DNA of 64,000 nucleotides from Octopus vulgaris (taxonomy: Eukaryota). The stretch is taken from NCBI GenBank assembly GCA_951406725.2, contig OX597817.1, forward strand, positions 96,286,001-96,350,000, read 5' to 3'. Shown here piece after piece: positions 30,895 to 43,940 of this stretch (position 1 is the stretch's first letter; every line of letters starts with the position of its first letter). The notes beneath the pieces are model-generated. The model was not told where the DNA came from. It saw only the letters and a program-made list of their open reading frames with translations, and did not search any database. The position numbers and the translations under genes are program-made.

Positions 30895-32690
30895 TTTATG
30901 TGCCACCGACACAGGTGCCAGACGAGGCTGGCGAACGGCCACGCTCGGATGGTGTTTTTATGTGCCACCGACACAGGGTCCAGACGAGGCTGACGAACGG
31001 CCACGATCGGATGGTGTTTCTTACGTGCCCACAGCACGGAGGCCAGTCGATGCGGTACTGGCTACGGCCACGTTCGGATGGTTTTCTTGTGTGCCACCGG
31101 CACTGGTACCACAAAGATACAAATTCCATTGATGTTCATCTATTTTGATTTGATTTGATTTGATTTGATTTGATCACTTGTCTCAACAGGTCTTCACAAG
31201 TGTCACAAGAAGGAAGGTATGCACAGGTGGACTGACTACATTCCAAGTAGAGGCCACGGGTTATGGCCTGACTAGTCTTGCTGGGTCTTCGGATGGTGCT
31301 TTTATGTGCCACCAACACAGGTGCCAGATGAGGCTGGCGAACGGCCACGATCGGATGGTGTTTGTTATGAGCCCACAGCACAGAGGCCAGTCGATGCGGT
31401 ACTGGCTACGGCCATGTTCGGATGGTTATCTTGTGTGCCACCGGCCCTGGTACCACAAAGATACAAATTCCATTGATGTTCATCTATTTTGATTTGTTTT
31501 GATTTGATCACTTGCCTCAACAGGTCTTCACAAGTGTCACAAGAAGGAAGGTATGCACAGGCGGACTGACTACGTCCCAGGAAGGGGCCACGGGTTATGG
31601 CCTGACTAGTCTTGCCGGGTCTTCAGATGGTGTTTTTATGTGCCACCGACACAGGTGCCTGATGAGGCTGGCGAACGGACATGATCGGATGGTGTTTGTT
31701 ACGTGCCCACAGCACGGAGGCCAGTCGATGCGGTACTGGCTACGGCCACGTTCGGATTGTTTTCTTGTGTGCCACCGGCACTGGTACCATAAAGATACAA
31801 ATTCCATTGATGTTCATCTATTTTATTTTGATTTTCACTTTCACTTGCCTCAAAAGGTCTTCACAAGTGTCACAAGAAGGAAGGTATGCACAGGTGGACT
31901 GACTACGTCCCAGGTTGGGGCCACGGATTATGGCCTGACTAGTCTTGCCGGGTCTTCGGATGGTGTTTTTATGTGCCACCGACACAGGTGCCTAGTCTTG
32001 CCGGGTCTTCGGATGGTGTTTTTATGTGCCACCGACACAGGTGCCAGATGAGGCTGGCGAACGGCCAGGATCGGATGGTGTTTGTTACGTGCCCACAGCA
32101 CGGAGGTCAGTCGATGCAGTACTGGCTACGGCCACGTTCGGATGGTTTTCTTGTGTGCCACCGGCACTGGTACCACAAAGATACAAATTCCATTGATATT
32201 CATCTATTTCGATTTGTTTTGATTTTTTTTTTTTTTTTTGATTTTCACTTGCCTCAACAGGTCTTCACAAGTGTCACAAGAAGGGAGGTATGCACAGGTG
32301 AACTGACTACGTCCCAGGTAGGGGCCACAGGTTATGGCCTGACTAGTCTTGCCGGGTCTTCGGATGGTGTCTTTATGTGCCACCGACACAGGTGCCAGAT
32401 GAGGCTGGCGAACGGCCACGATCGGATGGTGTTTGCTATGTGCCCACAGCACGGAGGCCAGTCGATGCAGTACTGGCTACGGCCACGTTCGGATGGTTTT
32501 CTTGTGTGCCACCGGCACTGGTAACAAAGATACAAATTCCATTGATGATCATCTATTTTATTTTGATTTTCACTTTCACTTGCCTCAACAGGTCTTCACA
32601 AGTGTCACAAGAAGGAAGGTATGCACAGGTGGACTGACTACGTCCCAGGTAGGGGCCACGGGTTATGGCCTGACTACTCTTGCCGGGTCT
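30895..32690. repeat. Five tandem units of about 333 bp in the RTE 3' UTR, built from subrepeats of about 60 bp
   Basis: cacttgcctcaacaggtcttcacaag recurs near 31175, 31509, 31842, 32246 and 32577. Confidence 0.9.
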
Positions 32691-35450
32691 TCTCACGCAC
32701 AGCATACTTCCATAGGTCTCGGTCTCTAGTCATTTCCTTGGTGAGACCTAAAGTTCGAAGGTCGTGCTTCACCACCTCGTCCCAGGTTTTCCTGGGTCTA
32801 CCTCTTCCACAGGTTCCCTCAACTGCTAGGGTGTAGCACTTTTGCACACAACTATCTACAGCCATTCTCGTCACATGACCATACCAGCGCAGCCGTCTCT
32901 CTTGCACACCACAATTGACGCTTCTTAGGTTCAACTTTTCTCTCAAGGTACTTACACTCTGACGATTATGAACACTGACATTACACATCCATCGGAGCAT
33001 ACTGGCTTCATTTCTTGCAAGCTTACGCATATCCTCAGCAGTCACGGCCCATGTTTCACTACCATGTAGCATGGCTGTACGTACACATGCATCATACAGT
33101 CTGCCTTTTACTCTGAGCGAGAGGCCTTTTGTCACCAGCAGGGGTAAGAGCTCTCTAAACTTTGCCCAAGCTATTCTTACTCTAGCAGTTACACTTTCAG
33201 CACACCCACCCCCGCTACTGACTTGGTCTCCTAGGTAGCGGAAGCTATCAACTACTTCTAGTTTGTCTCCCTGGAACGTGGTAGAAGTTCGTCTCTGCAC
33301 ATTTCCAGTGTTTATTGCTCCTGAGCATCTGCCACAGACAAAAACTATTTTCCTAGTTAGCCTTCCTTTGACATTGCTGCACCTCTTATGTGTCCATAGC
33401 TTACACTTGGTGCACCTTATAGAGTTTCTACCTACACCTTTTTTACAGATCGAGCAGGGCCATCTACCTGAAGTCGTTTGTGATTGGTCTACCTTCCTAC
33501 TTATTAGGACTTTGGTTTTGGCTAGGTTGATTCTAAGGCCCTTCGATTCTAATCCTTGTTTCCACACCTGAAACTTCTCCTCCAGTTCTGATAGTGACTC
33601 AGCAATTAGAGCAAGGTCGTCAGCATAGAGGAGCTCCCAGGGGCATCCTGTCTTGAATTCCTCCGTTATTGCCTGGAGGACTATGATAAATAGGAGGGGA
33701 CTGAGGACTGAACCTTGGTGGACCCCAACCTCTACCCGGAATTCTTCACTGTACTCGTTGCCAACCCTCACCTTACTAGCAGCGTCTCTGTACATGGCTT
33801 GCACAGCTCTCACTAACCATTCATCTATCCCTAGTTTCCTCATTGACCACCAGATAAGGGATCGGGGGACCCTGTCAAAGGCTTTCTCCAAGTCAACAAA
33901 AGCCAGGTACAAGGGCTTGTCTTTGGCTAGATATTTCTCCTGCAGCTGTCTTACCAGGAATATAGCATCAGTAGTACTTTTCCCTGGCACGAACCCAAAC
34001 TGCATATCATCTAAGCTAACACTCTCTCTAATTAGTTGGGCTATAACCCTCTCCGTAACCTTCATTACCTGATCCAGCAGCTTGATGCCTCTGTAGTTAT
34101 TTGTATCTAGGGCGTCGCCTTTACCTTTGTAGCAGTTGACTATTATGCTGCTACACCAGTCATTGGGTATGACTCCCTCGTGTATCACCTGGTTAACTAT
34201 ACGGGTGACTAAGCTATAGCCGACACCACCAGATATTTTGAGCATCTCTGCAGTAATTCCTGATGGGCCTGGGGCTTTCCCTGTTTTCATGCTTCTAATT
34301 GCCTTATCTACTAAGGAACTGTTAACTCGGATTGCTGGTCCCTCTGTTGGGTCGACATTCGGCAGACTCTCTTTATCCCATTCATTTTCTTCATTCAGCA
34401 ACCTTTCATAGTGGCGTCTCCAACCTCTCTCTTTGCATCCTCATTTAGCGCAAGTGAACCGTCATCCTTGCGAACACACTTCTCTCCTACCACGTCACGG
34501 TTCTCTCTCACACACTGTCTTGCAACACGAAATACCTCAAGTCTTTCATCCTCACGGCGCAGGACATTGGCAAATTTTTCCTTATCTGCCTCCCCTCTGG
34601 CTAGATAGACCTCTCTCCTGGCTTCCCTTCTGGCAGTCTGATACACTTCCCTGCTACCACCGTTCTTCCAGGCCTTCCAAGCCTGTTTCTTTTGTCTAAT
34701 AGCCCTGTCAACAATATTGTTCCACCACCACGTTATTTTGGGTCTTAAGGGGACTTTGCACCAGCCACAGATCTGGTCAGCGGCTTTCAGCAGGTTGTCC
34801 CTCAGAAGCGTCCAGTTGTCTTCTACCCCATGCGTAGCTATACTCCCTTCCATTTCGTCTAAGGCTTCAAATAACATATCTCTAAATCTCTGTCCATTCG
34901 CAGGGTCTTTAAGCTTCCAGACCCTTCTTCTCCATGTTGGTCGTCTTCTAGTCGCCCTCTTAGTCCTGATCCTAAAGTCACTAACTACCAGTCTATGTTG
35001 TGGGGTGCATTCTTCGCCTGGGAAGGTTTTGGCATTTATAAGCAGCCATCTTTCCCTTTTTCTGGCAAGGATGTAGTCGATTTGGCTAGTATGCCGGCCC
35101 GATCGGTAGGTGACCAGGTGGCTTGTCGGTTTCCTGAAGTTAGTGTTGCAAACCATAAGACTATTCGCATCGCAGAACTCCAGCAGCCTGGTTCCCTCCT
35201 CGTTGCGGGAACCATAACCGTAGCCTCCATGCACGCCATGGAAGCCCCCAGCACATCGTCCAACATGCCCATTGAAGTCACCAGCCACAAAGAGAAGGTC
35301 CCTGTCGTTCGTCAATGATGTGGTCTGCAGTAGGGTGTCATAGAAACAGTCTTTCTGTCCATCAGGTAGCCCTGGCTGAGGGGCATAGGCCGATATAATA
35401 GTTGCTAAACTATGATGGAGCACTAATCTAATCTTAATTATTCTGTCACA
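32674..35450 (-). pseudogene. RTE ORF: endonuclease + reverse transcriptase + PHD finger
   Basis: ORFs 34395-35450 and 32674-34401 join if one T is restored (REVWRRHYERLLN). Confidence 0.9.
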
Positions 35451-35517
35451 CATACATATATATACATATACATACATAAATATACATACATATACATACA
35501 TACACATATATATATAT

Positions 35518-35564
<47 letters not shown>

Positions 35565-35617
35565 TATATATATACATATATATACATACATACATATATA
35601 CATACACATATACATAC
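35451..35617. repeat. (TA/CA)n microsatellite
   Basis: Direct inspection. Confidence 0.95.
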
Positions 35618-36370
35618 AAGGTATTCAGGCTAAATGTGACAATTTGCATAAAAGGAAAAAGAAAAAGAAACACAATATCCTATCCAAAAAATAACTACTT
35701 TTTAAAAATCAAAAAATATATGATCTAGAACTAGTCTATGGCTGGGATATAACACTTTACTCAAAGAAGCCACCCTCAGCTTCCACTATGGCTTCAAGAT
35801 GGTTCTGGAACCTATGAATAGTTCCTCACCTTGACCTTGAGGAAATCCTTGAACATTCTTTGATCTTGACCACCAGCTCAGCCTTGGTATTGCAGGCAGA
35901 GCAGTTGGTCTCTTTTTCAACCAAGCCACACACATAGAAATCTGAGATTACAAATGAAGGAATTAGGAGGCTACAGATTTATGATGGTGAAGTCATAGAA
36001 ATTCTCCAACAACTACATCTGATTCTTTCCACAGGTGTGAGAAAGAGCCAAATCCTGCTGTTACATATATGGCCTTCAAGTAGCAACCCTCTCCAGTTAG
36101 GATTGATCAGTTCCTAGCAGCTTCGCAGGGCTATCTAAACTGAGCCTAAGATTCTGTTCATAGATGTGGGATGGTATGTGTGGTAGTGAAGGCCCTCATT
36201 CAGAGCTTAGATTCATGATGGTGACTCCAACACTCATCTCTCTTGCCAAAGCCAAGATTCCTTTGCTCAGATCTTCCATCATCTTACCCTGCAATTGTTG
36301 GATAAATTCCAGCATGCAGAAGCAAGAACACCTGCTGTGTTCCATCCTATTGGCCATAGCTTTGTAGTCT
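35616..36370 (-). mobile_element. Decayed Tc1/mariner-superfamily element, maT (DD37D)-like
   Basis: Piecewise translation QQDLALSHT, PPNS, RFQNHLEAIVEAEGGFFE; Asp spacing about 37. Confidence 0.6.
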
Positions 36371-37099
36371 CTGTTGTAGCTATCAATCTTACAGCTTTTA
36401 CAATGTTCATAGAGGATTGAGCAGCAGTTATGATGTTAGCTGTTTGTACTTTACTGTTGTTATTTCTTTTGGCCAAATGCAATTTTTCTAAGTATGTTAA
36501 TGTGTTGCTCTGCTCCTTTTCTAAGTGATCTGAAAGTAGTGAATGTTGTAGAGGTATTGAATAGAACTCATAATACTTTTATCTTTTATGCATGTCATAT
36601 GTCTATGTCATTGATTTTTCTGGTTGTTTATATTTGATTTCTGGTATTGCTTTTAGGAAGAGAGACACTAGAATTGGTAGATGTTACAGAAAGTTAATTA
36701 TTAAAGTTAGGTTACTAGGTGACTGATGTAGAGTAGAAATAGTTACGCAAATTTTCCTGGAAAGTGGTGGAAGAATGTGATGAAATCTGTATATGTGGCT
36801 CTGTGCAAACTTTGCAGACAATTATTATAAGGTCAGAACCTCTCTCCTCGCTTACACAATCCAAACCAAATTAAGTAAGAGATACATGGCAAAATATTAA
36901 AATGTTAATCAATTCTCACTCATTTTCTTGAACATTCGTGAATTCCATATATCACCTTCAACTAACACACAATCTGTATATCATACTCCTTTCTGTAAAT
37001 CAAATCTCTCACCCCTTTTATCTATAGCTAATTTCTGCTATCTAGGTTATGTTCTCTATTCAAACTACAACAGTTGAGAGATGCATCTATATATCATGT

Positions 37100-37500
37100 G
37101 ATGTCTGCACATGATATGTAGATTCCTCTCTCAACTGGACATCAGAAACAACAAGTTCTAAGTTTCCTTCCCCACTCACACCTCTAAATAAATCTGCTGC
37201 ACCTACCACATTCTGAATTCTTCCAACCAACAACAACTCTTTGGCCTTATATCTTCTGGCATCAAGGACAAATATCTCTCTCCCTTCATCTCTGAAGTCA
37301 TTCTCCTAAGTGACTTCCATGTTTAGAACCTTTCTTAGTTTCCACACTCATTCACACTGATGATGTTGATGCAGAGACTAAATAGACTGAAATTTTAACC
37401 GTCTACTACAATTAGTTTCTTTTTTTTTTACATATACCCCTGACTGGCACACAGATACTGAAAAAATCTTTGATTACTTTCTCACTTCTAAATGTCTAAC
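37100..37500 (+). mobile_element. Very decayed LINE endonuclease fragment
   Basis: SEVILLSDFHV (GDFN-like) and FDYFLTS (LD-like) motifs. Confidence 0.3.
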
Positions 37501-37626
37501 TCAAGCAAATCATCACCATCTCTACATCAGCCAACTAGTGCCTCACCACAGCTATTCCCACACATTAATAGTAATACAAAACATGAATGTAATGCAAAAA
37601 TAACGTATAATAAATTTAGACAGATG

Positions 37627-38541
37627 TTATTATCTTTGCCGCAGCAAAGGCAGAGGTATTGTTTTCAGTTGTGTTTGTTTGTCAGCTTGTCCATGAACAA
37701 GATGTCTCAAGAACTACTGGATGGATTCAGATGAAACTTGTGACTGGCACAAACTGATTAGATTTTGGAATCGATCCAGTACTGGACAAGGATTCTGGAT
37801 TATCTGTTATATTTACTTTACATGATTATGATCTTACATTCACTTTCAAGTCTTTTTTAGTTGTCCCCCTTTAGGCTGTTTCCAAAGTTTTATTTTCATT
37901 TCCCTATTATTAATTTTATTCATGTCTCTATCTTAGTAGAAAATGATGAACAAAGAAATCAAACTGCATAAACAAACAGCAGCAAGACTGTTCAGAAATT
38001 AAATAACATTAACATTTTTATAATACATATATTATACATACATGTTAACACTTTACAGTATACTTACATATATACATACATCTATACATCGATCTAAAAC
38101 AACAGGAATACTAAAGGAAGGCCACAATTTAAGAGGAGAGAAAACTAAAAGGTGTCATGCTAAGCATTTAAAAATTCCTGACTAGAACTTATTATTATCA
38201 CCTCCATCTTTGAAACTATTCTGAATGGTGAATTTGTTAACCTTGGCTTGTCTTAGATAAGGATAAACTATTTATTACTATTACTAAATTTTCTACAGCC
38301 AACTTCACATTCCATGACTATCACTGGGATTGATCAGGTATTGGACAAGGATTCTAGATTATTTTTCCATTTTTTTTTACTTTATTTTTGGGAGTAGTCG
38401 GGTTCATTTTTAGTATTCTCATTTGCGAGAGCAGTCAAGTTTATTTCAGATATTCTCATTTTTTAAATCATCTCTGGCCAATCGTAGAAAGGATGTCAGT
38501 GTTGCCTTAGTGGAGGTTTGTGCTCTCTGAGTGCTCTTGTT
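37627..38541 (+). mobile_element. Non-autonomous Helentron-type (HINE/DINE-like) element with an internal insert
   Basis: 5' ttattatctttgcc..ggcagaggtat sub-TIR hairpin, (gttt)n, 3' gtggaggtttgtgctctctgagtgc sub-TIR plus hairpin. Confidence 0.6.
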
Positions 38542-38690
38542 TGATTATACGTTTAGTACTATACTTTAGCATGTGGTGACCTAGCGTATCCACAGTCCAA
38601 TGCTTGAAACTAATAAAAAGGGAAGGGAAAATGAGAGGAAACAATCCCAAAATGGAGCTGGTTCAATTTTTTATGATGAAATTTACCATT

Positions 38691-39183
38691 CATCATCATC
38701 ATCGTTTAGCGTCCGTTTTCCATGCTAGCATGGGTTGGACGGTTCTACTGGGGTCTGTGAAGCCAGAAGGCTTCATCAGGCCCAGTCAAATCTGGCAGTG
38801 TTTCTACGGTTGGATGCCCTTCCTAACGCCAACCACTTCGAGAGTGTAGTGGGTGCTTTTTACGTGCCACCCGCACAGGTGCCAGACAGAGCTGGCAAAC
38901 GGCCACGAACGGATGGTGCTTTTTATGTGCCACCGGCACGAGGGCCAGGCGGGGCTGGCAACGGACACGAAACGGGGCGGTGCTGGCAACGGTCGCGAAA
39001 CGGAAGGTTCTCTTACATGCCACCGGCACTGGTAACACATCTGCAATTTCCATTGATCGATTTCCATTGATCGATTTCAATTCTGATCCTCACTTGCCTC
39101 AACGGGTCTTCACAAATGGAGTTTCGACATGCCACCGGCACTGGTAACACATCTGCAATTTCCATTGATCGATTTCGATTCTG
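38691..39183 (-). mobile_element. RTE 3' terminal fragment with local duplications
   Basis: Near identical to 55-320; acatgccaccggcactggtaacacatctgc is duplicated. Confidence 0.85.
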
Positions 39184-39514
39184 AAAATGAATCACTAAAA
39201 CATATCAATCGACTAAAAAATTTTACCCCTCAACAAAAATTTACCCCAGGGCCAAAAAGTTTTGAGTTGATTGATATGTTTTAGTAATTCATTCTGATGC
39301 CCTTTTTAAGTTAATTTGTATATGCTTTTTCCAGACAGGCTCCTCTATATATTTTGTATTTTCACATGCACATATATATTTTTTACTTTCTGTGCAAGAA
39401 ATATGTATTTCTTTCACATGTTGAAGGCCATGGTATTATTTGTATATGATGAAATGCATGGGGGTTATATAAAGTCATTGGCCTGAATTTGATGTTTATT
39501 CTCTAATCAATGAT

Positions 39515-39546
<32 letters not shown>

Positions 39547-39870
39547 TTTTTCTTTGGTTGTTTATTTGTGTGTGTGTTTGTTTCTGTATGTCTTTCAACT
39601 TATAGACAATGCAACACAGACTTCAAAAAAGACTTTCACTATGAACAATTTATGAAGTTACATGCATGATTAACAAATGTTTTTACCAGCAGCAGCATAG
39701 CAATAGGTAATGACCAACCTAGTTCTTCATTATTTTTAAAAAATTAAATGAAACAAAGACATTGTATTTCAACTGAAATATGGTAGTAACAAAAAAAAAA
39801 AAAGTTAACATCACTTTATACCCTCTGAAACTGAAAAAAAAAACAAGCAAAATATCTGCAAGATTCATAC

Positions 39871-39977
39871 CTTTTGCAGGATTAAACACACCATTTGTCT
39901 GTTCATTGCATACAAAACAACGTTGGGATTTCTTGTAACGTGTTAATGCACATTTCTCACAAAAATAGTGTTTACAT
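39871..39977 (-). CDS. RNF113A: RNF113A exon (RING finger)
   Basis: ttgtag|...|gtatga; 107 nt, [35 protein letters not shown]. Confidence 0.95.
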
Positions 39978-41517
39978 CTACAAAAGAATTATTATTTTTA
40001 ACAAACTAAAACAAATATTAAAGATAACATTTTAATCAACATCATAGCAATAACAGTAATAAAATTAATGATAATAACTATGTTGACAATAATAAGAGAG
40101 GAGGGTGGTGGCAGTGGTGATGATGAGGAACTTAAGCATTTTATCAGAAACCTATGATTTAATAATATATTCAGTACTAGATTAGTTAAATAAGCAAAGT
40201 TAAATAATATCAGGTTTACTCAGTAGTAAGATAAGTGATATCTAGAAATTTCCTACATATTTAGTACAAGAAGAATTATTTGAAAAAGTTTTGGTTTTGA
40301 TAAATAAGAACTTATCAAACTAAAACAATATTGAAAAGAATTGCCTAAGGGGTCAGATTTTTATATTTTTACCATAATTATATTCGATTATGAAATAAAA
40401 CTTACGAAACTACTTTATATTCAAATTACATACTCATGTATTGAATATCAGTGCTTTGCAACAATTGATCACATATGCAAGAATACATTTAATTTATGAA
40501 TATACAATGAAAGTATCAATCTGATAAATTATAAAGCAAAAGAGTTTGAGTTAAGTGGATAAACAGAGTAGACACTAAAATAATAGCAACATGGAACCAA
40601 ATTATTTTAAGAATTGCAGACACCCTCATAATAATTGTTAGTTGCAGTGATCAAAATGTGTAAAAATATACATTTTTCTTGATTCAAAATTAAGTCAAAG
40701 CAAAACTGATCGTGTCATATTCAACATTTTAGTTATTTTCCCTTTAAAAAAAATTCATAACAATTTTTTTTTAATTATTTTCCAAAAATGTTCGTAACAT
40801 AACATAATAATTAACAAAGATTTCAAAGCTGAATATATAAGTTGTAGATAGTTTTAAAATACGTTAGTAAAGTTTAAAATACATTAGTAAGAAGATATAG
40901 AGTTGTGTGCATAAACTATTAAAACAAGAATAGAATCTAAAAAGGTACTTATAAAGGAAGTATACCAATTGAGCAAATTAAAATATCTATTACAAAGAGC
41001 CATGAGAACATAAGACTAGCTGAAATATTGTATGTATCATGACTGTTAACACCTAACAAAGGAAATTCAATAAATGACTTCCCATTTGTTTTAGGCATGT
41101 GTACTAAGAATAGGTTTAAAAGTTTAAAACATCAAGAACTATTCAGATTAGTTTCCAGGTACACAAAATTTAAATACAATCTAACAATTGGAAAATTAAA
41201 ATTTAAACTAACTGCTATGTAGTTTCAGAAAAATTTTAAATGACTTTTATACAGTTCCAGAGAAAAAAAGAAACAACAAAGATCTCACTTAGTGAAGTAC
41301 AACTAATTTATCTTGCATCTTTTATCTTTTATTTATTTCAGTCATTGGACAGTGACCATGCTAGCACACTGCCTCAAAAGGTTTAGTCAAACAAAAAGAC
41401 CTCAAGATTTATCTTTTAAGTCTGATACTTATTCTATCAGTCTCTCTTTGCCAAGCTGTGAAGTTCAACATTGATTAGTCGTCCAATGGTGGTGGAGGAC
41501 AAATGTACACATAAATA

Positions 41518-41985
41518 TCAGATCATCCCATAAGTTCTATACAAATTTTGAATAAAGAAAACAAGTGGTCAAATTTTATATTTTATAATAAGTGGTCAAA
41601 TTTTATAATGTACTTTCCCATATTATCTATGACTTCCTTCCATCTATTTACAAGCTTTTTAATCCCATCAATGTAAAACTCTTTTCGTTTCAAAGTGAAG
41701 AACTCTGAAATGTCAGTTTCGACCTCCTCCTGACTTGCGAAAGTTATGTCCCCCAAATGATTCTGTAAACTACGAAACAAATGGTAGCCTGAAGGAGCAA
41801 AGTCGGGAGAATAAGGTGGATGAGGAATTTTTTCCCAACCAAGCTCTTCAATCTTCTGTGATGTGATCTTTGCAGTGTGGGGTCGCGCATTGTCCTGATG
41901 AAACATCACTGCTTTTCAATTCACTAAAGCGGGTCTTTTTTTCTTCAAAGCTTGGTTCAAATGCTCTAATTGCTCACAAACAGAC
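41518..41985 (-). mobile_element. Mariner C-terminal fragment with TIR
   Basis: HQDNARPH...HPPYSPDFAPSGYHLF in ORF 41583-41909. Confidence 0.88.
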
Positions 41986-41989
41986 TACG

Positions 41990-42150
41990 ACAAGAATACA
42001 CAGGACCAGGGAGTAGTACAATCCTAGAGTCAGAGTCGGTACATGACCTGGGAATCCACATAAGTAATTATGCAACATTCCATATTACCAAGATGGCAAC
42101 ACTGTGAAGGCAAGTAGCTGGATGGATTCTGAGATTATTCAGAACCAGGA
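41990..42150 (+). mobile_element. CR1 LINE fragment
   Basis: ESVHDLGIH...AGWILRLFRTR, as in the other CR1 copies. Confidence 0.65.
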
Positions 42151-42505
42151 AAAATGGTAATATTTTGGTGGGGTATGCGTAGGGTTACGTTGAATTTATA
42201 TACCTTTTGTACACAATGTTTAGTATACCAATAAGAGAAAGGGGGTAATTCGGAAATGAGTAATTAAAAAAAAAATTTACATCCCTTCTCTGTGGACAAT
42301 TTTAGCAAATTTTTGAGACATTAGAGACAACAGGTTGTTTTCATCATATTCATAAGATCTGATGTCACTAAAGGGGGAATAAAATTATTTCCTTCGATTT
42401 AGTGGTATGTGAAAACATGTAGGTAATTACAAACACGTATGTGTGTGTGTTTGTATGTGTGAGTGTTTGTGTGTGTGTGTGCATGCATGTGTGTATGTAG
42501 TATAT

Positions 42506-42734
42506 ATTTCTTTACTGCCCACAAGGGGCTAAACATAGAGGGGACAAACAAGGACAGACAAACGGATTAAGTCGATTACATCGACCCAGTGCGCAACTGG
42601 TACTTAATTTATCGACCCCGAAAGGATGAAAGGCAAAGTCGACCTTGGCGGAATTTGAACTCAGAACATAACGGCAGACGAAATACGGCTACGCATTTCG
42701 CCCGGCGTGCTAATGTTTCTGCCAGCTCACCGCC
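42506..42734 (-). mobile_element. Full-length SINE family 2
   Basis: Head GGCGGTGAGCTGGCAGAAAC, B box GAGTTCAAATTCC, central gcctttcatcctttcggggtcgataaattaagtacc, tail gtcccctctatgtttagccccttgtggg. Confidence 0.88.
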
Positions 42735-43027
42735 TTGTGGTCAGTACTGAAAGCAATGCCATCTTAATTCCCTATGGAGAAACAAACTGGAGAGAGACTT
42801 ATGTGTGCAGGTGTGTCTAAGAGTAGTGACTTTTGTCTCTGACGACAAAAAAATCTAGGGACGCAAGACAAATGTGGTACTGCAGAGTGTTGATAGGACA
42901 ATAAATGGCGTTGCGGGGTGAGGGATGAAAGAATTGAATGGTGTGAAATGGGTTGAAATGGAGTGGAAGTAAGTAGCGTCAGTGAAGGAAGAGAAAGAGG
43001 CAGAAAAAGAGAGAGAGAGAGGGAAAC

Positions 43028-43064
<37 letters not shown>

Positions 43065-43334
43065 TTTATGGTACTGGTAATGCACACATACACACACACA
43101 TATATATATATGAATAGAGATGAAAATTAATGGGTCATTTTATTCCCACCAGCCAGTTTTGTGAATTCAGCAAAAAGTTAAGAAAAAACTTCCATCATCT
43201 GAAAAGATTCACGGAATATTGTTTCTTTTTGAGCATATTTTCCAAAAGTTTATACTGAAATCGTTTTGAAGAAATTGTTGAAAAAATTTGCTTGAACTGA
43301 AATTGATTCAAAGGCATCCAGATTTCTGTCCCAA

Positions 43335-43940
43335 CCCCCAACTTTGGATGATCATAACTTTCAGAAAAATTGATATTTTTTAATGAAATTGTCTACAAAT
43401 ATGTGTTATATCAAGTAGATTCCGAATATAGAAAGATTTGGGGGTAAAGTGTATTCAAAGGGGTTGGGGTAGGGAATTTTGGAAATTTCACCGGAGTCAA
43501 CTTCAATTCGTCTTTTAATGAAATTTTCTACAAATATACCTTGGACTATGTAGATTCCAAGGACATAGAAATTTTGGGGAAAAACAATTGGGGGCTATTT
43601 TTGAGAAATATGGATGACTTGTTCATAAACACTCGTCACTGGGGAACAGTTCTCAAAAATAGCCCCCAATTGTCTTTCCCCAAAATTTCTATGTCCTTGG
43701 AATCTACATAGTCCAAGGTATATTTGTAGAGAATTTCATTAAAAAATATCCATTTTCTTGAAAGACGAATTGAAGTTGACTCCGGTGAAATTTCCAAAAT
43801 TCCCCACCCCAACCCCTCTGAATACACTTTACCCCCAAATTTTCTATATTCAGAATCTACATGATATAATACATATTCGTAGACAATTTCATTAAAAAAT
43901 ACCAATTTTTCTGAAAGTTATGATCATCCAATGTCGGGGG
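43335..43940. repeat. Foldback palindrome, arms about 275-290 bp, 42-bp spacer
   Basis: 43335-43607 is the near reverse complement of 43650-43940. Confidence 0.9.

Larger units (their letters stand above)
30720..35450 (-). mobile_element. Near-intact RTE-clade LINE, 5'-truncated within the endonuclease
   Basis: ISAYAPQ, AGDFNGHVG, QIDYIL; RT FVDLEKAFD, GVHQGS, LLYADD; one 1-nt deletion near 34420; expanded 3' UTR and (GAT)n tail. Confidence 0.95.

Noticed and set aside
30895-32690. CRISPR-like or protein-coding repeat array
   Set aside because: Units are fully repeated with no unique spacers and no cas genes; they belong to the RTE 3' UTR, and the short ORFs there are incidental
36370-36800. 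Possible decayed retroelement coding sequence
   Set aside because: No diagnostic motif could be read
39811-39870. Alternative RNF113A ending via nearby acceptors (VSEGIK* or EGIK*)
   Set aside because: Would need 40- or 46-nt introns; the distal exon restores the conserved ELIxKL motif
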